NCBI GenBank assembly: GCA_964457175.1
Contig: CAYWII010000004.1
Span: 48,735-80,734 of the forward strand
Source: an uncultured Candidatus Bathyarchaeia archaeon
GTDB taxonomy: Archaea > Thermoproteota > Bathyarchaeia > Bathyarchaeales > Bathycorpusculaceae
DNA: 32,000 nucleotides
Reading direction: 5' to 3'
Under the pieces are notes generated by a model. The model had not been told where the DNA came from. It ran no database searches and saw nothing but the letters and a program-made list of their open reading frames with translations. Shown in pieces: positions 8,426-15,789 of this stretch. The position numbers and the translations under genes were made by a program. Position 1 is the first letter of the stretch; every line of letters starts with the position of its first letter.

Positions 8426-8460
8426 ATGACATACGTCATAAATAATATGACATACGTCAT
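8426..8460. promoter_or_regulatory. Two direct copies of the 14-bp inverted-repeat box ATGACATACGTCAT (8426-8439 and 8447-8460), 21 bp centre to centre
   Basis: Read directly from the sequence. The boxes abut a TATA-like TTATATA (8463-8469) upstream of the HTH regulator gene (start 8506). They lie in the divergent intergenic region shared with the 7327-8367 regulator. Confidence 0.6.
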
Positions 8461-8505
8461 CCTTATATACCTTTCTCTAAAGATAGAGTAAATGGTGCAA
8501 AGTCA

Positions 8506-8901
8506 TTGATACTTCCATGCGAAGTCGCCGTAAAATCAATTGTGCCCGCAGTAAGAGCACTATTAGCAAAAGAACTCGTCGAAAAACATAACCTCAAACA
8601 AGACGAGGTAGCTGAAATCTTAGGAATATCCCAATCTGCTGTAAGCAAGTACACCCGAAACGTCAGAGGTCATGTGATAGAAATCGATGGAATACAAGAA
8701 ATAGAGTATCTAGTAAACAGAATGATTGGCCTCCTCTTGGACAGAACATGCCAAAGAGAAGAGTTTCTAAGACATTTCTGCCAAACTTGCACAATCATAC
8801 GAAAAAGAGGTTTGATGTGCCAATACTGCAAGAAAGCAGACCCAAAAATCAAAATAGAAGAATGCCGTTTCTGTGTCAACAGTATTTATCAACCAAAATA
8901 G
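8506..8901 (+). CDS. Small HTH transcriptional regulator with a Cys-rich C-terminal domain
   Basis: 131 aa with TTG start. LPCEVAVKSIVPAVRALLAKEL...QDEVAEILGISQSAVSKYTR is an HTH. The C-terminal half carries 7 Cys, including CQTC, CQYC and CRFC pairs. Confidence 0.7.
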   Translation: MILPCEVAVKSIVPAVRALLAKELVEKHNLKQDEVAEILGISQSAVSKYTRNVRGHVIEIDGIQEIEYLVNRMIGLLLDRTCQREEFLRHFCQTCTIIRKRGLMCQYCKKADPKIKIEECRFCVNSIYQPK

Positions 8902-8913
8902 AGGCGAAGCACT

Positions 8914-9849
8914 TTGTCCTCATACGATGAAAAGGCAGTTCTTGATATTCTCGAGAAAGTGAGCAAAAGCGTTGTTAACATAAGCACAGTCAAACTTGTC
9001 CACCACATATTTTATCAAGTTGTGCCAGTAAAAGGAATGGGTTCTGGAACAATAATTGACTCAAAAGGCTACATATTGACCAACAATCACGTAGTCGGTG
9101 GAGCAGAAAAAATAGCAGTAACATTATGGAACGGCGAAATATTAGAAGGAACCCTAGTAGGCTCGTGCGTGGTGCATGACATGGCAGTAGTTAAAGTTGA
9201 CAAAGGAAATCTTACTGCATCTGAGCTCGGAGACTCAGATACACTGAGAGTTGGACAAAGAGTCTATGCAATTGGAAATCCATTTGGCTTATCTGGCGGT
9301 CCATCCATAACCTCAGGCGTCATAAGCGCTGTAAACAGAACCATAGAATCTCAAAATGAAATGCTAGAAAATCTTGTACAAACCGATGCTGCCATAAACC
9401 CTGGAAACAGTGGCGGACCGCTTGTAAATCTCGAAGGAAAGGTTGTTGCAATAAACACGGCAATAGTACCCTTTGCTCATGGAATAGGATTTGCCATCCC
9501 GATAAACTCGGCAAAGAATTGCACAAACGAAATAATAAAAGGCAGAGTTTACGCAAGACCATGGTTGGGCATAATAGGTTTAAGCATCACTGACGAAATA
9601 GCACGTTACTACGATTTGCCCATTGAACGTGGTGTTTTAGTAACCAGAGTCTCGGAAGGAAGCCCGGCGGAAAGCGTGGGAATAGTTGCGGGCGACATAA
9701 TCTTCAGAATGAACAACACTGAAATTAATAGAATAGAAGATTTAGTCAGGGAAATTCACAATAAAAAAGTTGGAGAAAAAGTTGAGATTCTTGCCCTTCG
9801 CAGAGGTAGAGAGCATTACTTTGAAGTTGCTCTGAACAAAATGCCCTAA
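8914..9849 (+). CDS. HtrA/DegP-family serine protease with a C-terminal PDZ domain
   Basis: 311 aa. Catalytic triad context: TNNHVV (His), HDMAVVKV (Asp), GNSGGPLVN (Ser). PDZ-like GVLVTRVSEGSPAESVGIVAGDII. No obvious signal peptide. Confidence 0.88.
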   Translation: MSSYDEKAVLDILEKVSKSVVNISTVKLVHHIFYQVVPVKGMGSGTIIDSKGYILTNNHVVGGAEKIAVTLWNGEILEGTLVGSCVVHDMAVVKVDKGNLTASELGDSDTLRVGQRVYAIGNPFGLSGGPSITSGVISAVNRTIESQNEMLENLVQTDAAINPGNSGGPLVNLEGKVVAINTAIVPFAHGIGFAIPINSAKNCTNEIIKGRVYARPWLGIIGLSITDEIARYYDLPIERGVLVTRVSEGSPAESVGIVAGDIIFRMNNTEINRIEDLVREIHNKKVGEKVEILALRRGREHYFEVALNKMP

Positions 9850-9885
9850 AACAAAAATGGAGAATGTGAACTAACGCAGCATGGT

Positions 9886-10230
9886 TCATTTTCGGAACTT
9901 TGGGTCAGGGTTTCCGCCTTTCGCTTTTTCTTCTAACCATGCTTTAGTTCCGATCTTTCTCCTGTAAACAAGTTGCCCAGCTCTGTAGAAGATGCGCCAT
10001 TGTCCTTCGTTTGGGTCATACGTGGAAAGGTAGTAATTGCAAGGGAAATCTCCGCACAAACCGCAGTGTTCCACACCTTTTTCTCTCACGCATGAATAAA
10101 AACGGCATTCGCCCCAGAAGGGTTTGCCTTTCACGTAGCCGCATCCTGCGCAGCCATTCTTGTAATATCGGCACTCACCGCAATACAAGCCACATGGAGA
10201 CACAAGGTTAGGGTCATTTGGTATACTCAT
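9886..10230 (-). CDS. Cys-rich protein, DUF3795-like
   Basis: 114 aa with pattern CGLYCGEC...CAGCG...C...C...HCGLCGDFPC. Family name is from memory of the motif only. Confidence 0.55.
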   Translation of the reverse strand: MSIPNDPNLVSPCGLYCGECRYYKNGCAGCGYVKGKPFWGECRFYSCVREKGVEHCGLCGDFPCNYYLSTYDPNEGQWRIFYRAGQLVYRRKIGTKAWLEEKAKGGNPDPKFRK

Positions 10231-10342
10231 ATTTAGCTACCTCATCTTTTTCATTTCTAAACTCTAATAAAAGTATAAAACTCTATAGAACATTTTTTTT
10301 GTAAACTTGCAAATCGAAATAATAAATAAGGTTTAAACGAAT

Positions 10343-10963
10343 TTGAAACTCAACTTGAAAATTGGGAGCGCGACGGAGATATCTTCAGAAGAAAAGATAA
10401 AGACAAAACCTAACCTTTCATTAGTTGCTTTAACTTCTTTCATAGCTTCCTTTCTAATAGCCAGAGCGTTCACTAGCTTTTACCCAAAGGTTGTTTGGGA
10501 AATCAGCGGTTTTCATATTCACCATTTCTGGTATGGTTTAATAATGCTTGCAGTAGGCGGCTGGCTTGGAATCAGCGTGGAAGATGAAAGGCTTGGCCGA
10601 GTTGCAGCGATTTTTTATGGCGCTGGAGGCGGACTAATAGTAGATGAGATTGGGTTACTGCTTACGCTTAGTGCGCAAGCTTATTGGGCTGATTTCACAT
10701 ACACGTTTGTGATTGTTTTCTTAGCTGTTGTGTCTATGGTTGCCTTGGTAAGCAAGTATAATAAGGTAATACGTGCTGAAGTCGCTCAGTTCTTAAGTAG
10801 TAACGGGGGTCTCTATTTTGGAGTTTTTCTTGCAGCAATTTCTGTGGCATTTACTTTGGAAACTGACAACCCAATAATTATCGCCGTCTCAAGCGTACTG
10901 ACTTTTGTGGCGGTCGTTATTATTTTAGCTTATTTTGTTCAGAAAATCAGAAAAAGATGTTAG
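10343..10963 (+). CDS. Hypothetical integral membrane protein
   Basis: 206 aa with at least 5 hydrophobic helices and an HIHHFWYG motif. No family recognised. TTG start is uncertain. Confidence 0.5.
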   Translation: MKLNLKIGSATEISSEEKIKTKPNLSLVALTSFIASFLIARAFTSFYPKVVWEISGFHIHHFWYGLIMLAVGGWLGISVEDERLGRVAAIFYGAGGGLIVDEIGLLLTLSAQAYWADFTYTFVIVFLAVVSMVALVSKYNKVIRAEVAQFLSSNGGLYFGVFLAAISVAFTLETDNPIIIAVSSVLTFVAVVIILAYFVQKIRKRC

Positions 10964-10982
10964 ATGCTTATAGCATCATTCA

Positions 10983-11543
10983 TCATTCTTCTTTAAGTCG
11001 TCTAACCCAGTCAACCAGCCTCTCTAACAATTGTCTTATTTTCTTCTTCGTTTTATCATCTCTTAAGTTGCCTTTTTCATCAATTTTTTCGTCAACAGAC
11101 GCCACTATGACTTCTGGTCTGTTTACTGCGTGCATGTTAAGAGCTACAAGAACCTGGCGCAAATGGTATTGTGCTCTTGCTCCACCCAAAGTTCCTGTAG
11201 AAGCGCTTATTATAGCCACTGGCTTGTCTTAAAAAGAGTTGTCTCCTGGCGGTCTTGAAGCCCAATCGATCGCGTTTTTGAGAACGCCGGGCACTGAATA
11301 GTTATGTTCTGGCGTCGCAATAAGTAGCGCATTTGCCGCTTTGATTTTTGCTTTAAACTCTTTAACTATTTTGGGCATGCAGTTCTCTAAGTCTTGATTG
11401 AAAGGCGGAATTCCTTCTAGGTCGAGGATTTCGAGTTTTACGTTTTTTGGTAACAGCTCCAAGGCTGCACGTAAAAGTGCCTTGTTGAAAGAGCCTTTTC
11501 GTAAGCTTCCGGCAAAACCTAAAATGGTTATTGGTTTATCCAT
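10983..11543 (-). pseudogene. NAD(P)H-dependent FMN reductase (ChrR/YieF-like) interrupted by a single in-frame TAA
   Basis: Track ORFs 11229-11543 and 10983-11219 are in the same frame and separated by only 3 sense codons. Joined reading: ...NAIDWASRPPGDNSF-TAA-DKPVAIISASTGTLGGARAQYHLRQVL... This is collinear with the family pattern LGSLRKGSFN...TPEYNYSVPG.LKNAIDW...GKPV...GGAR.QYHLRQ. Confidence 0.8.
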
Positions 11544-11619
11544 GGATGCGTTATTCTGTAGTTGTTGTTTAAATTTATTTTTATAACGGATGAAATCTAC
11601 ATGGTTTTTCTTAGAGTTG

Positions 11620-12453
11620 CTATGCTTTTGCTGGAATTATCAAGACTGAACATTTCGCTTTGTGGCTTACATCGTCGCTTATGCTTCCAAGCAAAAACCG
11701 CCTTATAGTTCCTAAACCTCTGCTTCCCAGAATAATTAGGTCGTAGTTGCCTTGCTCAGCAACCTCAACTATCTTGTCCGATGGAACACCAAATTCTAGT
11801 CTCTTATCAATTTTTATTTTTGTTTTACCAGCCTCTACAAGGCTTCTCGAGAGAATTTTGTCACCTAATTCCCTAGCGGTTTTTGGCGACGCTTTGTATA
11901 GCTTTTGGTCTTGGACATTTAACAAAGTAACCTTCGCACACAATTTTTCCGCTAGCCCAAGTGCGTATTTTAAGGCTTTGATTGAATTTTTTGACCCGTC
12001 AACGCACGCGAGTAAATTTGATAGTGGACTGAGTTTTTTAACGATTAATGTGGGGCAAACCGCGTACATTATGACTTTTTTGGTTACGCTGCCTAGGGCA
12101 TATGGGTCTTTCTCATTTTCTCCGTGAGCCCCAATCACAAGTAGATCGTAATATTCCTTGGAGAATTCTAATATGCTGTTTGCTAGGTCGCCGCTAAAAA
12201 TTTCCGTTTCTACCTTAACTTTCTCTTCCACGAATAATGCGCGTGCACTGTTTATTATTGAGTCTGCACGCTGCTGTACACTGCCCAAAAGTTCGTCCTG
12301 TATGTTTATTGGAAGTCTATAACCAATTCTCATTTCTGGCATTACATGCAAAACTGTTACGGATGCGCCAGTCTTCTTGGCGATTGTTGCTGCTGTTTCT
12401 TCAGCCATGACGCTTGCGGCAGAACCGTCTATAGGGACGAGAATTTTGTTCAA
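11620..12453 (-). CDS. Tandem universal stress protein (two UspA domains)
   Basis: 277 aa with two repeats of the USP pattern (ILVPIDGS...GAHG...GSVTKKV; LLACVDGS...GSRGLG...LGSISDDV). Confidence 0.85.
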   Translation of the reverse strand: MNKILVPIDGSAASVMAEETAATIAKKTGASVTVLHVMPEMRIGYRLPINIQDELLGSVQQRADSIINSARALFVEEKVKVETEIFSGDLANSILEFSKEYYDLLVIGAHGENEKDPYALGSVTKKVIMYAVCPTLIVKKLSPLSNLLACVDGSKNSIKALKYALGLAEKLCAKVTLLNVQDQKLYKASPKTARELGDKILSRSLVEAGKTKIKIDKRLEFGVPSDKIVEVAEQGNYDLIILGSRGLGTIRRFLLGSISDDVSHKAKCSVLIIPAKA

Positions 12454-12546
12454 AAAATCACCTCTTATAATTTTCTCGTTGATTTCATTTTAGATTGCTA
12501 ACTATATAATGTTTGTGTCAATATGCTATATTACATGTAGCTAGAT

Positions 12547-13236
12547 TCAGTCAAATGTAAAAGCTGATGGACAAAGTTTGTTTAATACGCATTTTCTGCA
12601 TTCTGGTTTCTTTGCCATGCACACTCTTCTGCCGTGAAATATTAGTAGGTCCGTAAATCGCATCCACTTGTCTTTTGGAACTATCTGCATCAAATCTTCC
12701 TCTATTTTGGTTGCGTCTTCATTTTCGGTCAGTCCAAGTCTTTTTGCGAGTCTGCGGACATGCGTGTCCACGGCTATTCCCTCAACTATGCCATAAGCGT
12801 TTGAAAGAACAATGTTGGCAGTTTTTCTTGCAACGCCCGGCAGTTCCAATATTTCTTTCATTGTTTTTGGAACTTGCGAGTTGTATTCTTCAACTAACAT
12901 TTGACAGCATTTCTTAAGGTTTCGAGCTTTATTTCTGTAAAATCCCGTGCTCTTTATATCTTGTTCAAGCTCTTTTAAATCTGCATTAGCGTAGTCTTCG
13001 GCTTTTCTGTATTTCTTGAACAGTTGTTTTGTGACTATGTTTACTCTTTCGTCGGTGCATTGGGCTGAAAGAATTGTGGCTACCAGAAGTTCGAGGGGAT
13101 TCGAATAGTGAAGTGCTATTTTTGCGTCGGGATGTTCCTTCTCAAGTAACTTAATTATTTTTGCAACTTTATTTTTATCTTTAAGACTTACATTTGAAGG
13201 AATTTTTTTCAAAGAGTCGCCTCTCAACATTAACAC
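12547..13236 (-). CDS. nth: Endonuclease III (HhH-GPD DNA glycosylase with a 4Fe-4S loop)
   Basis: 229 aa. LSAQCTDERVN, HhH LPGVARKTANIVL, VDTHVRR and C-x6-C-x2-C-x5-C (CMAKKPECRKCVLNKLC). Confidence 0.9.
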   Translation of the reverse strand: MLMLRGDSLKKIPSNVSLKDKNKVAKIIKLLEKEHPDAKIALHYSNPLELLVATILSAQCTDERVNIVTKQLFKKYRKAEDYANADLKELEQDIKSTGFYRNKARNLKKCCQMLVEEYNSQVPKTMKEILELPGVARKTANIVLSNAYGIVEGIAVDTHVRRLAKRLGLTENEDATKIEEDLMQIVPKDKWMRFTDLLIFHGRRVCMAKKPECRKCVLNKLCPSAFTFD

Positions 13237-13295
13237 TTTTGTTTAGAGGTGACAGAAAACTTTTACTTTTCTATAATCATTAATAATTCGAGGTG

Positions 13296-13451
13296 ATGTG
13301 TTTGGATACTAAGCTTTTGGTTGACGGAGAAGAAATAGACCTTAACGAGTTTGTTGCAAAGATTTTAGGCGGGACCGTGGTGGGAGCAGTGACTTCGTTG
13401 CGAGGAATAAAGAAGGACTGGAAAACAATCGAGATAAAAGTGACAAGGTAA
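13296..13451 (+). CDS. Small hypothetical protein (51 aa), below the ORF-track cut-off
   Basis: ATG 13296 preceded by GAGGTG. Translation: MCLDTKLLVDGEEIDLNEFVAKILGGTVVGAVTSLRGIKKDWKTIEIKVTR. No family recognised. Confidence 0.35.
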   Translation: MCLDTKLLVDGEEIDLNEFVAKILGGTVVGAVTSLRGIKKDWKTIEIKVTR

Positions 13452-13458
13452 AACAAAG

Positions 13459-14004
13459 TTATCCTTGCATACTTATGCTTATTGTTATTTCAGCAAACAT
13501 CTCTCTTTTTGCCTTACAAATCGGGCAGATGTAGGGTGGTTCTTCTCGGAAAACTACGTAACCGCATTGTTTACAATACCACATTTTCTGTTTAACCGTT
13601 GAAGGCGCCTTAGTTGCTACAGAAACGGTTTCAGCTTTCTTTTCTGCAGAAACCGAAACTGTTTCATACGCTCTGACTTGTTTTTCCAGAGGTCTGCGTT
13701 CGGGAACTGGCTGCAGAGGAGTTTTTCCTTCAAAAACATCCTTTCTCACATATAAGGCGCAGTAGCAAGCACCAAATTCTTGAACATCCGGGTCTCGGTA
13801 ATCGCAAGGACATATGATGTCTCTGTCAAAGTCAAAATTTCCTGAAGCAAGTCTACAAGGGCATGATGGATACCCGTAACGTTCTTCATTACGTTTCAGT
13901 CCCTCAAGAAGGTCATTTAGGAAATTTTGGTCTGGGCTCAGATAATACCCGTACGTTTTTGCGTCTGATTCTGCTCTTTGGCGCACTTTCTCAAGGGTTA
14001 TCAA
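13459..14004 (-). CDS. Ferredoxin:thioredoxin-reductase-like catalytic subunit fused to a C-terminal rubredoxin-like domain (archaeal ferredoxin:disulfide reductase type)
   Basis: 181 aa. CPCRLASG...ICPCDY...GACYCALY is the FTR catalytic-chain Cys pattern. The C-terminus has CKQCG...CPICK, a rubredoxin knuckle pair. The architecture matches the FDR described in Methanosarcina acetivorans. Confidence 0.8.
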   Translation of the reverse strand: MITLEKVRQRAESDAKTYGYYLSPDQNFLNDLLEGLKRNEERYGYPSCPCRLASGNFDFDRDIICPCDYRDPDVQEFGACYCALYVRKDVFEGKTPLQPVPERRPLEKQVRAYETVSVSAEKKAETVSVATKAPSTVKQKMWYCKQCGYVVFREEPPYICPICKAKREMFAEITISISMQG

Positions 14005-14285
14005 ATTTTCAGAATCTCCTTTAACTTGTCCTTGCGAAAACCTGTTATCAAAATCTTATCGTCAACTATTATTATAGGGTAGCTGAGGTTTCCGCCTCGG
14101 TTCAGAATTTCTCTTTTGATTTTTTCTTTATCTTCTCCGTCACACAAGTCAACATCAACATATTCATATTCAATGTTGTTATCTTTCAGAAATTGCTTTG
14201 TCATTTTGCACCATGCGCATGTGCTTAATGCGTAGACGAGAACTTTGTGTTTATTCTTTTTGCCTGGGATTTTTACAATTTTCAT
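14001..14285 (-). CDS. Glutaredoxin/NrdH-like small thiol-disulfide oxidoreductase
   Basis: 94 aa with STCAWCKMTKQFL (CxxC) and a thioredoxin-fold pattern. A 4-nt overlap with the FTR-like gene indicates an operon. Confidence 0.82.
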   Translation of the reverse strand: MKIVKIPGKKNKHKVLVYALSTCAWCKMTKQFLKDNNIEYEYVDVDLCDGEDKEKIKREILNRGGNLSYPIIIVDDKILITGFRKDKLKEILKI

Positions 14286-14327
14286 TTTTTCACTTCCATG
14301 AATAGTTGTGTATTTGTGTAATAAATT

Positions 14328-14370
14328 AAAAAAGGGTTTGGTGAAAGAACGTTTGAACTTTTATTCTTTC
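14328..14370 (-). terminator. Possible terminator after the SOD gene: 7-bp stem (GAAAGAA/TTCTTTC) followed by a T6 run on the transcribed strand
   Basis: Inverted repeat at 14343-14349 and 14364-14370. The A6 run at 14328-14333 on the + strand is T6 on the minus strand. Archaeal termination at oligo-T is established, but the role of the stem is uncertain. Confidence 0.3.
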
Positions 14371-14984
14371 TATTTGAGCAGTTCTTGGATTCTACTGTTT
14401 ACTTCGTCCCAGTTGACAATGTTCCAGAAGGCTTCGACGAATTTGGCTCTGTCATTCTTGTAGTCAATGTAATACGCATGCTCAAAGACATCCAGAACCA
14501 TTAGGATTCTGAACATAGGGTAAACATTAGTGTTATGTTTCTCAATCTGCATTATTATAGGCCTATGGGTCTGCCTACAATATGACAACGCTGCCCAGCC
14601 GGAACCTTCGACGCTGACAGCAGTTTGCGTAAATTCTTTTTTGAACCTTTCAAAACTTCCAAATTCTTTCTCTAATGCGTCGCCCAACATTCCACGGGGT
14701 TTTCCGCCGCCTGTGCTTGGTGGCGCCAAGTTTTCCCAGAACAGTGAGTGTAGAAGATGCCCTCCTATGTTCCATGAGAGTTCTTTCAAGGTGGATTTAA
14801 CGTCTATGTCTGTGTTTTCTTTTCGTGCTTTATCGAGCTTTTGAAGGATTGCGTTTGCAGCGTTGACGTATGCTTGATGATGTTTGCTGTGGTGTATCCT
14901 TAATTGTTCCTCAGACATGTGCGGTGCTAGCTCCTTGTAATCGTATGGCAGTTTTGGCAGTACATAAAACTTGGTTGCTTCCAT
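14370..14984 (-). CDS. sod: Fe/Mn superoxide dismutase
   Basis: LPYDY...[10 protein letters not shown]...[10 protein letters not shown]...[11 protein letters not shown] metal-ligand motifs. ATG 14984 is preceded by GGGTG. The track ORF begins at TTG 14999. Confidence 0.92.
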   Translation of the reverse strand: MEATKFYVLPKLPYDYKELAPHMSEEQLRIHHSKHHQAYVNAANAILQKLDKARKENTDIDVKSTLKELSWNIGGHLLHSLFWENLAPPSTGGGKPRGMLGDALEKEFGSFERFKKEFTQTAVSVEGSGWAALSYCRQTHRPIIMQIEKHNTNVYPMFRILMVLDVFEHAYYIDYKNDRAKFVEAFWNIVNWDEVNSRIQELLK

Positions 14985-15057
14985 ATTCAACACACCCAAA
15001 TCATTTATTTACTCATAAACCGTTATTATCATTTTTGATTCATCAGGAGGCTCAAAA

Positions 15058-15222
15058 CTGGATAAATGGGAATGCACAGTTTGCGGCTACATATACGACC
15101 CAGAACAAGGAGACCCAGACCACGGCATAAAACCCGGAACGCCCTTCGAAAAGTTACCAGATGATTGGCTTTGTCCAGTTTGTGGCGCGCCTAAAGATCA
15201 GTTCGTTAAAAAAGAAGGGTAA
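15058..15222 (+). CDS. Rubredoxin (54 codons) lacking an ATG/GTG/TTG start; apparent CTG at the expected Met position
   Basis: (L/M)[53 protein letters not shown] is a textbook rubredoxin with CxxCG and CPxCG. GGAGG (15046-15050) lies 7 nt upstream of CTG 15058. An in-frame TAA at 15028-15030 closes the frame upstream. Not in the ORF track. Confidence 0.75.
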   Translation: MDKWECTVCGYIYDPEQGDPDHGIKPGTPFEKLPDDWLCPVCGAPKDQFVKKEG

Positions 15223-15235
15223 ACATCGACTTTTT

Positions 15236-15715
15236 CTATTCTTCTATAGTTTTTAGATTGTAGCTTATTTTGACCCCCGCTTTTTCAAAGAGCTTTCCAA
15301 CTGGGCAGTTCTGCAGCGTTACCTCATGGATTCTCTGTATTCTGTTTTCTGGAACACCCTTTATCACGATGTCAAATTTTACTTCAGTAACCGTGCCTCT
15401 CTCTTCAGATTTGGTGGCTTCTACTTTAACTTCCAAATCTTTCAGGGAGATTCTCATTTTCTTTGCGGTTAAGACGAAAATACTGGCGTAACAACCCGCA
15501 TGGCTCATTACTCAGAGTTCTAGAGCCGATGGTCCCATGTCAGTTCCAGTATCTCTTGGCAAATCGAGGCATACTGCGTGGTTTCTGCCGTCATCAACGT
15601 CTATTCTGTAGTCTTTAACGAGCTTTGCGTTTGCGAAAAGTTTAGTCAACATTCGTCGCCTTCTAGTGATGGTTGGTTGAGTTTTCTTCGCATTCTTTCC
15701 TTTATTCTTTTTCAA
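15236..15715 (-). pseudogene. OsmC/Ohr-family peroxiredoxin interrupted by a single in-frame TGA
   Basis: Track ORFs 15512-15715 and 15236-15508 share a frame. Reading: ...DTGTDMGPSALEL-TGA-VMSHAGCYASIF...LQNCPVGKLF... This matches the OsmC pattern NPEELL..A.AGC...C(P)V. The TGA (15512-15514) falls at a normally hydrophobic, non-catalytic position. The likely true start is M22 (15652). Confidence 0.75.
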
Positions 15716-15789
15716 TTTAGGAAAACAAATAAGCCGTGGAGCACAAAAATGAATAACTTGTTACATTAATAATTTGAGATGGTGATGAA

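Noticed and set aside
10231-10342. AT-rich divergent intergenic region with short direct repeats (AAACTCTA twice), considered as a possible repeat element or ncRNA.
   Set aside because: The repeats are only 8 bp long in very AT-rich promoter DNA. No stable structure or conserved RNA motif is recognisable.
14870-15130. 86-aa + strand ORF overlapping the SOD 5' end and the rubredoxin region.
   Set aside because: It is antisense to SOD for half its length and out of frame with the clear rubredoxin reading. It has no motifs. The rubredoxin frame explains the region.
15512-15514. In-frame TGA in the OsmC-like gene as a selenocysteine codon.
   Set aside because: The codon aligns with a hydrophobic, non-catalytic position of the family, not with either redox Cys. 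I could see no convincing stem-loop in the short 3' region. A nonsense mutation or base-call error is simpler.
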